A stretch of 64,000 nucleotides of DNA from Candidatus Microgenomates bacterium (GTDB taxonomy: Bacteria; Patescibacteriota; Microgenomatia; JACQLA01), in contig JACQLA010000005.1 of NCBI GenBank assembly GCA_016204255.1, positions 68,339 through 132,338 of the forward strand, given 5' to 3'. The translations under genes were made by a program, and so were the position numbers. The notes beneath the pieces are model-generated. The model saw only the letters and a list, made by a program, of their open reading frames with translations. It was not told the origin of the DNA and made no database searches. Below, piece by piece: positions 27,867-36,750 of the stretch (its first letter is position 1; each line of letters opens with the position of its first letter).

Positions 27867-29708
27867 ATGAAATCGTTTCTTCTTGAAGATTTAAATAGTC
27901 AACAGCAATCAGCCGTAAGTCAAACAGACGGTCCAATTTTAATTCTGGCAGGCGCCGGATCCGGCAAAACCAGAGTCTTAACCTATAAAATTGCCTATCT
28001 TATTGCCCAAAGCGGTGTCAGTCCGGAAAATATTTTGGCTTTAACTTTTACAAACAAAGCCGCCGCCGAAATGAAAAACCGAATTAAAAAATTAGTTGCT
28101 CGTTCCCCTGAGGCGACCTCCAAATTACCTTGGGCAAGCACTTTCCACTCATTTTGTGCCAGAATATTAAGAATTGAGGGCAAACATATTGATCTGGCGC
28201 CAAATTTTTTAATTTACGACCAGGCTGATCAAAAAGAGCTGATAAAAGCGGTGCTAAAAAAACTTGATCTTTCCCCCAAGAGCTTTTCCCCGGCGTCCGT
28301 CTTAAATACCATCAGCGGAGCTAAAAACGAACTAATTTCTGCTTTAGAATATTTACAGTACGCAAAGGGTTTTTGGCAGGAAACTGTCACCAAGATTTAT
28401 CTGGAATATCAAAAAGCGCTAGTTGCCAACTCGGCTTTAGATTTTGATGATCTGCTTTTAAAAACAAATGAGCTTTTTCAAAAGAATTCTTCCGTCTTAC
28501 AAAAATACCAAGATCGCTTTCATCATCTTCTTATTGATGAGTACCAAGACACAAATAACGCTCAATACCAATTAGGTAAGATGCTTGCCGGAAGATGGCG
28601 AAATATATGTGTGGTGGGCGATGCCTCTCAAAGTATTTACTCTTGGCGGGGAGCAGATTTTCGAAACCTCACCCGGTTTCAAGAGGATTTTCCTGATTTA
28701 AAGATCTTTAATCTGGAACAAAATTACCGATCGACCCAGAAAATTTTGGATGCCGCCTACGCCGTTATTACTCACAACCAATCTCATCCCATTCTAAAAC
28801 TTTGGACCGAAAATCCAGGCGGCGAAAAAGTAAATCTTTATAGTGCTCAAAACGAACATGATGAGGCAGAATTTATCGCCAACACCATTATTAATTACAA
28901 TGGTGTTCTTGGAGATTTTGCCGTTTTATATCGGACCAATGCCCAGTCGCGTGTTTTGGAAGAAGTTTTTTTACGCTCAGGACTACCCTATGCGCTCGTA
29001 GGAGGAACCAGATTTTATGAACGGCGGGAAATTAAGGATGTTTTAGCCTATTTAAAAATCTTCCATAATCCTAAGGATACCGTTTCTCTTAATCGGCTTG
29101 AAAAAATAGGAAAAACCCGTCTTAAAAAATTTATGGAATTTAACGAAGTCTCGAAAAAAAACCCCGAGCGAAATTTAACAACCTCTTATCTTCTTGATCA
29201 AATTTTGACAATTACGGGCTACCTAGATCTTTACGATCCTAAAGTTGAAGAGGAACTGATGCGGCTTGAGAACATTAAAGAGCTTGGAAGTGTGGCTCAA
29301 GAATTCCCTGACTTAGGCCAATTTCTGGAAAATGTGGCGCTTGTGGAGCAGGAGTATCTGCCCGACAGCTCAGCTCAGATCGAACAAACAGAAAGAATAA
29401 CTCTTATGACTCTCCACACGGCTAAAGGTCTGGAGTTCCCGGTGGTGTTTATTATCGGGATGGAGGAAGGAATTTTTCCCCATTCAAAAAGCCTTTTTGA
29501 TAAACAAGAACTTGAAGAGGAAAGGCGTCTTTGTTATGTTGGCTTTACCCGGGCGAAAAAAATGCTCTATCTGACCCATGCTGCACGCAGACTTTTTTTT
29601 GGCACTCAAACCGCCAATTTTATTTCCCGCTTCGTTTTAGATCTGCCGGAAAATTTAGTTACCCCGCTTTCTAGTCAGCAAACTCTACGCCAGGGCAGTT
29701 TTGGGTAA
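27867..29708 (+). CDS. UvrD/PcrA-type ATP-dependent DNA helicase (613 aa)
   Basis: It contains motif I (AGAGSGKTRVL), motif II (LIDEYQDTN), the motifs VGDASQSIYSWRGA, TLHTAKGLEF and YVGFTRAK. Confidence 0.9.
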   Translation: MKSFLLEDLNSQQQSAVSQTDGPILILAGAGSGKTRVLTYKIAYLIAQSGVSPENILALTFTNKAAAEMKNRIKKLVARSPEATSKLPWASTFHSFCARILRIEGKHIDLAPNFLIYDQADQKELIKAVLKKLDLSPKSFSPASVLNTISGAKNELISALEYLQYAKGFWQETVTKIYLEYQKALVANSALDFDDLLLKTNELFQKNSSVLQKYQDRFHHLLIDEYQDTNNAQYQLGKMLAGRWRNICVVGDASQSIYSWRGADFRNLTRFQEDFPDLKIFNLEQNYRSTQKILDAAYAVITHNQSHPILKLWTENPGGEKVNLYSAQNEHDEAEFIANTIINYNGVLGDFAVLYRTNAQSRVLEEVFLRSGLPYALVGGTRFYERREIKDVLAYLKIFHNPKDTVSLNRLEKIGKTRLKKFMEFNEVSKKNPERNLTTSYLLDQILTITGYLDLYDPKVEEELMRLENIKELGSVAQEFPDLGQFLENVALVEQEYLPDSSAQIEQTERITLMTLHTAKGLEFPVVFIIGMEEGIFPHSKSLFDKQELEEERRLCYVGFTRAKKMLYLTHAARRLFFGTQTANFISRFVLDLPENLVTPLSSQQTLRQGSFG

Positions 29709-30411
29709 TCCATCGACGATATTCTTTTTGACAAAGGTCAAAATTTGGGTTTTTAGGGTCAAGAATTGGCATGCAATTAATCGTTTTAGTCGAAGGACAT
29801 TTGAATTTTTGTTCACCGTAGAACTTCATGCTGGAAATCATTTCAAGATAAATCTTATCTAAATTTTCGCTGGGATTTTTTGCGATGAGTTCAAAAACTT
29901 TATCGTGTTCCTGAAAGAAAATCCGCACAACCGGATAATCCCATGACGAGGCTTCCTGAAAAGTTAGAAAAGCCTCATGATCCCCAACATTAAAATTAGA
30001 CTTAGTCGGGATCTTTTTAAGATCTACGTCTTCATGGCGATACCAGCGCAACCAGGTGGGAATCGCCACTTTTTGCTTGTTTCCCCAAACAACGACTTGA
30101 AAATTTCCTTCTCGGCCCTCAAGGTTAACTTGCTGCCAGATCATACCGTCTGGCAGGGTTTTAAGCTTGGCGGCATTCTCAATATTCCATTCAGTCTTTT
30201 CCCATCCAGGCGGAAAATTTATCTCATACCCATGTAAAGAATTTAGATAAGTCTGCCAGATTAGAACAGTCGGGGTGGGAGAAAGGGTGGGGAAAAGCCG
30301 GGGGAAATTTTTCTCATTTTGAAATGTTTTTCCTAAAAATAGAGCGGCAATCACTATTAAAACAATCACACCAGCTACTAAAGGGAGTATTAAGGGTAAC
30401 CGGGTCTTCAT
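29671..30411 (-). CDS. hypothetical membrane-anchored exported protein (Cys-rich C-terminus)
   Basis: An N-terminal TM anchor and a PT linker are followed by a Trp-rich domain. The 3' end overlaps the convergent helicase gene by 38 nt. Confidence 0.55.
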   Translation of the reverse strand: MKTRLPLILPLVAGVIVLIVIAALFLGKTFQNEKNFPRLFPTLSPTPTVLIWQTYLNSLHGYEINFPPGWEKTEWNIENAAKLKTLPDGMIWQQVNLEGREGNFQVVVWGNKQKVAIPTWLRWYRHEDVDLKKIPTKSNFNVGDHEAFLTFQEASSWDYPVVRIFFQEHDKVFELIAKNPSENLDKIYLEMISSMKFYGEQKFKCPSTKTINCMPILDPKNPNFDLCQKEYRRWITQNCPGVEFAD

Positions 30412-30478
30412 TGATTTTATCTTAGCATAAATGCGTCAATAGAGTATAATTGAGAAGTAAACAAGTTTCTTACTTCCC

Positions 30479-30553
30479 GTCATTCCGAGCGTAGTCGAGG
30501 AATCTTTTTCATCAAGGTCTTTAATTAGATCCCTCCACGTTGGTCGGGATGAC
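30479..30553. repeat. GTCATT-type palindromic element, copy a
   Basis: The arms gtcattccgagc (30479-30490) and ggtcgggatgac (30542-30553) form an imperfect inverted repeat, and the inner pair cgaggaatct / agatccctc also pairs. The element lies just upstream of the FemAB-like gene. Confidence 0.7.
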
Positions 30554-30579
30554 GACTGCGAAATTTGTTTGATATTATT

Positions 30580-31590
30580 ATGCTCACTCGAGAAACACTA
30601 GCGCCTGAAGAAAAAGAAAAATATAATAAGCTTGTTACTCATGTTCTCCAATCCTGGGAATGGGGAGAGTTTCGGGAAAAAACCGGTGTCAAAGTTATAA
30701 GACCGGGTCTTTTTGAAAAGAACCGTCTTATCACCGCTTATCAGCTAACGATCCATTCGATTCCCCATACTCCATACACTGTAGGCTACTTACCTAAAGG
30801 CCCTGTGCCCGATGAACAAATGCTTAGTGCTCTTGAGGATATTGGTATGGAAAATAACACCATTTTTTTTAAACTGGAACCAAATATTACTATTAACCAG
30901 AAACCGGTGATTAACAGCCGACTGACTTCTTCCCCACGACCTCTTTTTACTCGCTATACTTTTCAAATAGATCTGAGGAAAAGTGAAGAGGATCTCTTAA
31001 GACAAATGAAGGAAAAAACTCGCTATAATGTGCGCCTGGCCCAAAGAAATGGCGTTAGGGTCGCAGAAAATAATTCACCGGAGGCTTTTGAAGTTTATCT
31101 ACGACTGATGCAAGAGACTACGCAAAGACAAAATTTTTATGCCCATTCGGAAAAATACCACCGACTTATGTGGGAAACACTTCAAAAGGCCGGCATTGCC
31201 CACTTGCTGATCGCCGATTATAACAACGAGTCGTTGGTCGCCTGGATACTTTTTGTCTTTAATAAAGTCCTTTATTATCCCTATGGCGCTTCATCCACTG
31301 TTCATCGCGAAGTGATGGCCTCGAATTTAATGATGTGGGAGGCGATGAAATTCGGGCAAAAAATGGGTTGTGAGAAATTTGATCTTTGGGGCGCATTAGG
31401 TCCGGAACCTAATCCGAAAGATCCGTGGTATGGGTTTCACCGTTTTAAAGAAGGTTACGGTGGAGAGCTGGTGGAATTTGTCGGCAGCTACGATTTTGTT
31501 TTGAACTGGCCTCTTTATAAGCTTTACAATCTGGCTGATAATCTTCGCTGGGGACTCCTCCGACTTAAATCACGAATTAATCCCGGTTAA
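30580..31590 (+). CDS. FemAB-family peptidoglycan interpeptide-bridge peptidyltransferase
   Basis: FemX/MurM-like sequences are present (TRYNVRLAQRNGV, LYYPYGASS, MWEAMKF, KEGYGG). I prefer the ATG at 30580; the track's TTG at 30565 is possible. Confidence 0.83.
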   Translation: MLTRETLAPEEKEKYNKLVTHVLQSWEWGEFREKTGVKVIRPGLFEKNRLITAYQLTIHSIPHTPYTVGYLPKGPVPDEQMLSALEDIGMENNTIFFKLEPNITINQKPVINSRLTSSPRPLFTRYTFQIDLRKSEEDLLRQMKEKTRYNVRLAQRNGVRVAENNSPEAFEVYLRLMQETTQRQNFYAHSEKYHRLMWETLQKAGIAHLLIADYNNESLVAWILFVFNKVLYYPYGASSTVHREVMASNLMMWEAMKFGQKMGCEKFDLWGALGPEPNPKDPWYGFHRFKEGYGGELVEFVGSYDFVLNWPLYKLYNLADNLRWGLLRLKSRINPG

Positions 31591-31598
31591 ACTTTCTA

Positions 31599-31865
31599 TC
31601 AACCTTCGAAAATTGTATGATCGAAGATAAGAACCCGCTTTCCTCGATTTGTCCTTCCTAAGGTATTCACTCTATCACTATGAACCACGGAATTAAGCCT
31701 TTCGAGGGCTGCCATTGATTCGGCTGATCCCACCGGTGCATTAGCCATAGCACAGAAGGCGGCTATTTCCTCATCTTTAGCTTCAGCCATTGCCACCTTT
31801 CGCTCCCCATCGGTTTCCTTAACAACCTTGATTATACCTCTTAAATATTCTTTAACTTGCGGCAT
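31599..31865 (-). CDS. hypothetical protein (88 aa)
   Basis: ORF from the track with an ATG start. I recognise no motif. Confidence 0.4.
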   Translation of the reverse strand: MPQVKEYLRGIIKVVKETDGERKVAMAEAKDEEIAAFCAMANAPVGSAESMAALERLNSVVHSDRVNTLGRTNRGKRVLIFDHTIFEG

Positions 31866-31924
31866 TTATTTTCACCTCCTCTCAAATAAAACTAAATCTT
31901 AATTTTTTATTTTAACCCATTCAA

Positions 31925-32935
31925 TCAGGAAAAGCCAAAGGCTCTTTTGATAAGACTTTTAATTGTCTCAAACCCACGGATTTGGCTGATTTTTGATCTT
32001 TTAACCGGCGGATAAGCAACGGTTATGACTTTCGCTTTTAATTTTTCAGGAAATGATGGTAGCGCTTCCCACCTAAGTTGTTTCTCATAAGTTGAAGGTT
32101 TAGAATAAGAGATTTTTATATTAACAAGTTTATCACCGATAATTTCAATCCTGTCTAAATCTCCCTCACCCAAATTTTCTTTTTGACATAAAGAAAGATA
32201 GCCGATTTTTTGCGGATCAAAACCCATGACCCGTGCCGCCGTAAAATCCGCGGCTAAAAAATCCAGGCTGGCAATTGCAAACTTGCTTTTTACCGCCACC
32301 CCGCCCACCGGCCCGTTTCCGCCCATCCCCTCAAACCCATCAATAATTGATAAGTTGGGATGAACTTTGCGGGCCAAATAAGTTAAGTTCTGATTAAACG
32401 CTTTTAACCCCTGATGAATAAGAGGCGCGTAATTTAAACTACCGACAACAACATTTTTTAAAGAAAGGGTGACTATTCCAACATCGTGAGTTTTGGCGGG
32501 TGTTGCCGAAATTAGAAAATCGGATTCCAAAACAGTTCTAGCAATACCGATCTTAATTTTTTTAAAACTGGCATCGTAAATTTCTTCCGTTAAAAACTGC
32601 TCTTCCGCCAGATCCACCAAATCGATATCATAATCTTTTTTTAAATCATAATAATGATAATTTTTAAAACCCTCCTTCGTGGTTCCCACTGCCGCTTTTT
32701 CGGCAATAATTATTTTTCCTTTATAAATTGGTTTTAGAAAATCCAGGATCGCCCGAATGGTTTCGACATGGGTGGCAGCCAGCTGATTGTAGACGGTGAC
32801 GAAATTAGGTTTGACAACAATCCTCTTTTTGCCGGCAGTTTTCCTTTTAATATCTTCTTCCAAAAGTCTAAGAGTGGATAAAATATTTTCCCGGCGGGAT
32901 TTACCAATAGCTAAGGCAACTTTCGTTTTCTTCAT
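31925..32935 (-). CDS. DUF362 domain protein
   Basis: The N-terminal segment KRIVVKPNFV and the overall length match DUF362. Confidence 0.7.
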   Translation of the reverse strand: MKKTKVALAIGKSRRENILSTLRLLEEDIKRKTAGKKRIVVKPNFVTVYNQLAATHVETIRAILDFLKPIYKGKIIIAEKAAVGTTKEGFKNYHYYDLKKDYDIDLVDLAEEQFLTEEIYDASFKKIKIGIARTVLESDFLISATPAKTHDVGIVTLSLKNVVVGSLNYAPLIHQGLKAFNQNLTYLARKVHPNLSIIDGFEGMGGNGPVGGVAVKSKFAIASLDFLAADFTAARVMGFDPQKIGYLSLCQKENLGEGDLDRIEIIGDKLVNIKISYSKPSTYEKQLRWEALPSFPEKLKAKVITVAYPPVKRSKISQIRGFETIKSLIKRAFGFS

Positions 32936-32940
32936 AGAGG

Positions 32941-35850
32941 CTAATCAGTATCACAAAGAAGCTTATACTCGCAATATTTACAAAGCTCGCTTTTGGTACA
33001 ACGGAAATCAGATTGAGCGATTTTTTCCGCCCAAGAAAAAATTTCTTCTTTGGCTTTTTCCAACTGTTCTTTAGTCCGCACTGTTGTTATCTTTTGGCTA
33101 TTTTCAAAAAAATAAAGGCTCAAAAAAACTTCCTCCGGTTTTTTGCCTAATGGCGGCTCCAGCACTTCAGTGGCGGCCAAAGCGTATATCGTCAACTGTA
33201 AATTTTGATCAACTTCCTTTTGACTGGGAGGACGACTACCGGTTTTATAATCAATAATTTCAATTTTTCCATCTCCTAAGGAATCAACCCGATCAAGCCT
33301 TCCCACAACTCGAAAACTCCTCAGAGGGAAAACAAAAGATTTTTCCAAGGCCAACGGGGTGATTTGAGAATCCTTTGTTTTTAGCCAAAACTCGTGCAAA
33401 AATCTTTCTCCCTGTTGAAAGAGTAAATCTTCATGCTTTTTACTTTTATAACCCTCCCCAACCCAGTTTTCCTTAAGTAGGGCTAAAAGTTTCTCTTCTC
33501 CCGGATTTTTATCAGTAATTTTCAACCGGTAAAAATCCCGCAACGCCGCATGTAAACTAATGCCAAAAGATTGAGCAGATGAGGGAGGGGTGGGAATTTT
33601 TAAAATAAATTTTAATTTATAATGAAGAGGGCAATTCATAAAGGCCTCAATTTGAGAGTACGAAAGATAGAGAGGTCGAGAGTTCAATCTATTAACCGCT
33701 GTTTCCGGCTCCACCGGCTTAGCCCATTCTAAAAAAGAGAGTTGTTTACTTGAGGCGTTGATTTTTTGTTTCCCAAATACTTCTTCTCCTAGCGCCTCCC
33801 CTACAAAGGGCGAAATTTTTCTTTCACGTTTACCCTCACCATAAAAATTGGCCGATGTTAAAAAAAGTCGATCTTTAGCTCTGGTCATTCCGACATAAAA
33901 AAGCCTGCGCTCTTCCTCTAAATGAGCATCGCCCTCGGGCAGAATTTCTTTTATTAAATCCTGGGGAATGGGAATTTGCTCCTGGCGTTCAGTTGTAGGA
34001 AAACGCTGGGCAACCAAATTAACTAAGAAAACTACCGGAAACTCAAGGCCCTTAGAAGAATGAACTGTTAAAAGATTAACGGCGTTTACTTCCGCCCAAT
34101 CGGTATCTGAAGCCTGGGGTGATTCCCCCAATTCCTGTGACATTTCAATCCAGTCAACTACCGCCGAAACGGCAGCATCCTCGTGGGTAACTTCATAACT
34201 TTTAATTTTTCCAAAAAACTTAGAGACGTTTTGGGCACGCTTTTCATCCTGGGCATTTTTATACACCGTCAAACTAGATAAAAGACCGGAGTCGGAAAGG
34301 AAATAGTAAAGGATTTGGCCAGCGCTTTCCTTGGATAAAAGTTTCAGATGACGATTTACCATCGCCACAATTTTTTCTAATTTTATTTTTGTTTCCTCAC
34401 TGATAATCGGTCTGGTGTTGGCTATTAAGCGGCCATTTTCTTTTCCGGTGGCCAACTCACAGGATTCAAGTAAGGAAAGGTTGGTTTTTTTAGCGAAGCT
34501 TGTCAATGCCGCTACGTCCCGGGCGGAAATCTCAAAAATATCCATTGCTAAAACCCGATAAAAAGCAACCGAGTCTTCAACGTTATACAAAACCTTAAGG
34601 TAGGCAATTAAATCCTTTACCTCCGGCTGACGGAAAAGCATTCCCGGTCCTAAAAATTGATAGGGGACCCCCGCACGAACCAAAGCCCGGGTAAAAGGTT
34701 CGGCGTGAGAATTGGCCCGAAATAAAATAGCAAAATCTTTAAATTCATAGTTCGTTTTTTTAAGTTGTTTAATCTTTCGGGCGATTTCTTCAGCTTCATC
34801 TTCGACTCGCTCCGCATGAATCCACTCCACCTTTTCCTCGTCCACTTTTCTCATCCGCTTAAGATTTTTACTAATCCCCAGTTTTACTTCCAGGGTATCG
34901 GGATCGTTAAATTTAATCAGGCGATGAGCGTGATCAAGAATAGTTTGGGTTGAGCGATAATTTTTGGTCAAAATAACTTGTTTGACTCTCTTGTACTCCT
35001 CCATAAATTGTAGAATATTGGAAATAGCCGCCCCGCGGAATTTATAAATTGACTGAGAATCATCCCCAACAACCGTCAAATTGGGATTTTCCATAGGAGG
35101 AGCTAAGATTTTTAAAAGATTGTACTGGGCAAAATTAGTATCTTGGAACTCATCAACCAAAACATATTTGAATTGCTTTTGATATTGACTCAAAATATTT
35201 GGTCTGGCGCGAAAAAGTTTAAGGGTATTGGCTATTAAATCGGCAAAATCAGCCATTCCTCCCTTAGTTTTAAGCTCTTCATAAATTCGGTAGGCCTTGA
35301 CCAATTCTAATATTTTTTTCCTTTCTTCCTCTGGCAGATTTTGACCCTTAGTAAAATTTAGGTATTCTTCCGGCTCGATATCTTCATCTTTGAGCCGGGA
35401 AAAATGCTGGAGCATCCCCCCAATAAATTTATTTGGGTTGCCTAAAGGACGGAAGTAATTCAGCTCAAATTTAAAAAGACTGGCTCGTAGAAAAATTATC
35501 GTCTCTGCCTCCGTCATTAAGCGATAATCGGGGCTAAGACCAATATGGACTGCCTCATTCCGAAGGACCCGATCGCAAAAGGAGTGGAAGGTGGAAATCC
35601 ACATCTGAGTGTAGCCGTAAGGCATAGCTATATCGACTCTCTCCTCCATTTCCCGCACCGCTTTTTCAGTAAAAGTGAGGGCTAAAATTTCGGCCGGGTG
35701 GGCCAGATTTTGGGAAATCAACCATTTAATCCGCTCTGTTACCACCGTTGTTTTGCCGGTTCCGGCGCCGGCAATTATTAGAAGGGGACCCTTGTCATGT
35801 TTTACCGCCTCCAGTTGTTCATCATTCAATTTTTTTTCGCCGTTGCTCAC
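32941..35850 (-). CDS. UvrD-type helicase fused to a C-terminal Fe-S PD-(D/E)XK (AddB/Cas4-like) nuclease
   Basis: The helicase motifs AGAGTGKTTVV, VDEFQDTN, VGDDSQSIYKFRGA, TVHSSKGLEF and YVGMTRAK are present. The C-terminus has NCPLHYK, GRLDRVD, IIDYKTG and C-x5-C-x2-C-x5-C (CTKSELCKYCEYKLLC). Confidence 0.85.
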   Translation of the reverse strand: MSNGEKKLNDEQLEAVKHDKGPLLIIAGAGTGKTTVVTERIKWLISQNLAHPAEILALTFTEKAVREMEERVDIAMPYGYTQMWISTFHSFCDRVLRNEAVHIGLSPDYRLMTEAETIIFLRASLFKFELNYFRPLGNPNKFIGGMLQHFSRLKDEDIEPEEYLNFTKGQNLPEEERKKILELVKAYRIYEELKTKGGMADFADLIANTLKLFRARPNILSQYQKQFKYVLVDEFQDTNFAQYNLLKILAPPMENPNLTVVGDDSQSIYKFRGAAISNILQFMEEYKRVKQVILTKNYRSTQTILDHAHRLIKFNDPDTLEVKLGISKNLKRMRKVDEEKVEWIHAERVEDEAEEIARKIKQLKKTNYEFKDFAILFRANSHAEPFTRALVRAGVPYQFLGPGMLFRQPEVKDLIAYLKVLYNVEDSVAFYRVLAMDIFEISARDVAALTSFAKKTNLSLLESCELATGKENGRLIANTRPIISEETKIKLEKIVAMVNRHLKLLSKESAGQILYYFLSDSGLLSSLTVYKNAQDEKRAQNVSKFFGKIKSYEVTHEDAAVSAVVDWIEMSQELGESPQASDTDWAEVNAVNLLTVHSSKGLEFPVVFLVNLVAQRFPTTERQEQIPIPQDLIKEILPEGDAHLEEERRLFYVGMTRAKDRLFLTSANFYGEGKRERKISPFVGEALGEEVFGKQKINASSKQLSFLEWAKPVEPETAVNRLNSRPLYLSYSQIEAFMNCPLHYKLKFILKIPTPPSSAQSFGISLHAALRDFYRLKITDKNPGEEKLLALLKENWVGEGYKSKKHEDLLFQQGERFLHEFWLKTKDSQITPLALEKSFVFPLRSFRVVGRLDRVDSLGDGKIEIIDYKTGSRPPSQKEVDQNLQLTIYALAATEVLEPPLGKKPEEVFLSLYFFENSQKITTVRTKEQLEKAKEEIFSWAEKIAQSDFRCTKSELCKYCEYKLLCDTD

Positions 35851-35959
35851 CGCCTAATTTTACCATAAAAAATGCTTCGGTCTGATTAAAATTCGATTTC
35901 TTGCTGTTTTCTTACACATTTTTGATTGCTTTTTGACTTTAAAAGTGCAAATTATAACC

Positions 35960-36073
35960 GTGGGGGCAAACGTCTGGAAACATTTAAAAATTAAAATTTA
36001 ACCGGGCGCCCCACACTTAAAGTACAACTCTCGCTATGTGGAGATGATTCCCTAAGGCGAGAGTTGTTTTTTT
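35960..36073 (+). ncRNA. candidate small RNA or cis-regulatory leader (long hairpin + intrinsic terminator)
   Basis: Hairpin 1 pairs gtgggg (35960-65) with ccccac (36009-14) and cgtctgg (35971-77) with ccgggcg (36002-08, two G-U pairs), closing a 24-nt AU loop. Hairpin 2 is the terminator at 36024-36073. No plus-strand gene lies upstream. Confidence 0.35.
36024..36073 (+). terminator. rho-independent terminator-like hairpin
   Basis: A perfect 11-bp stem, acaactctcgc / gcgagagttgt, is followed by a run of 7 T. It sits 15 nt before the ATG at 36089. Confidence 0.6.
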
Positions 36074-36088
36074 GCTATACTTAGCATT

Positions 36089-36648
36089 ATGACCTTATGG
36101 AGAAGTTGGCAGTATAAGAATCTCACGATCTTTTCTTTAGGCCTCGCGGTTGCCTTCGCGTTATCAAGGCTTGAAGGATTCCATAATTTTTACTACATCT
36201 GGGCGGCTTTGATTATCTTGGCGCTTTTATTGCCGGAGGGCTTTTTGTTTCGACTTTTACCGTTGGCACCGGCATCATTATCCTTTTAGTCCTGACTCAA
36301 ACTTTAACCCCCCTGGAAATAGCTGTAATTGCAGGGCTGGGGGCGGTTTTGGGTGATTTTACCATTTTCCGGCTTGTTAAAAACAACCTGACAAACGAGT
36401 TAGTAAACATTTACAATCATTTTGACAGCAATCATCATTTCAAAAGACTCCTTCATTCAAAATATTTCAGCTGGACCTTGCCGGTTGTCGGTGCGCTTAT
36501 TATCGCCTCGCCTTTGCCGGATGAATTGGGCGTAAGTTTAATGGGAATTTCTAAGATGAAAACTTATCAGTTTTTAATTATTTCCTTCATCTTAAATACC
36601 ATCGGAATATTTCTGGTTGTTTCAGCCTCTTTGGTTTTAAAACCATAG
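36089..36648 (+). pseudogene. DedA/YqaA-like membrane protein gene split by a frameshift at a T5 run (or a homopolymer sequencing error)
   Basis: The track ORFs 36089..36289 and 36349..36648 are in different frames. The second frame is open back to 36187 and reads FLLHLGGFDYLGAFIAGGLFVSTFTVGTGIIILLVLTQTLTPLEIAVIAGLGAVLGDFTIF. The two frames meet at ttttt (36187-36191). Confidence 0.55.
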
Positions 36649-36750
36649 TTTCTTAAAAACTTAGCTGTTTTCAAGTGCTTGATTTTGCTCATTTTGAGGT
36701 TCGTGTTAAAATTAGCCTTATAATATAATACTAAAATTTCTATTTAATTT

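Noticed and set aside
29671-29708. The 38-nt convergent overlap between the UvrD-type helicase gene and the 29671..30411 gene as a possible antisense-regulation site.
   Set aside because: Short 3' overlaps are common in compact genomes. Nothing in the sequence (no hairpin, no repeat) singles it out.
35971-36010. The CUGG...ACCGGGCG blocks resemble the ZTP (pfl) riboswitch core.
   Set aside because: The obligatory 3' CCGCCUGGGC pseudoknot partner and the GGGUCG 5' element are missing.
36182-36195. Programmed -1 ribosomal frameshifting as the explanation for the split membrane gene.
   Set aside because: There is no X-XXY-YYZ slippery heptamer and no obvious downstream stimulatory structure. 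A homopolymer indel is the simpler explanation.
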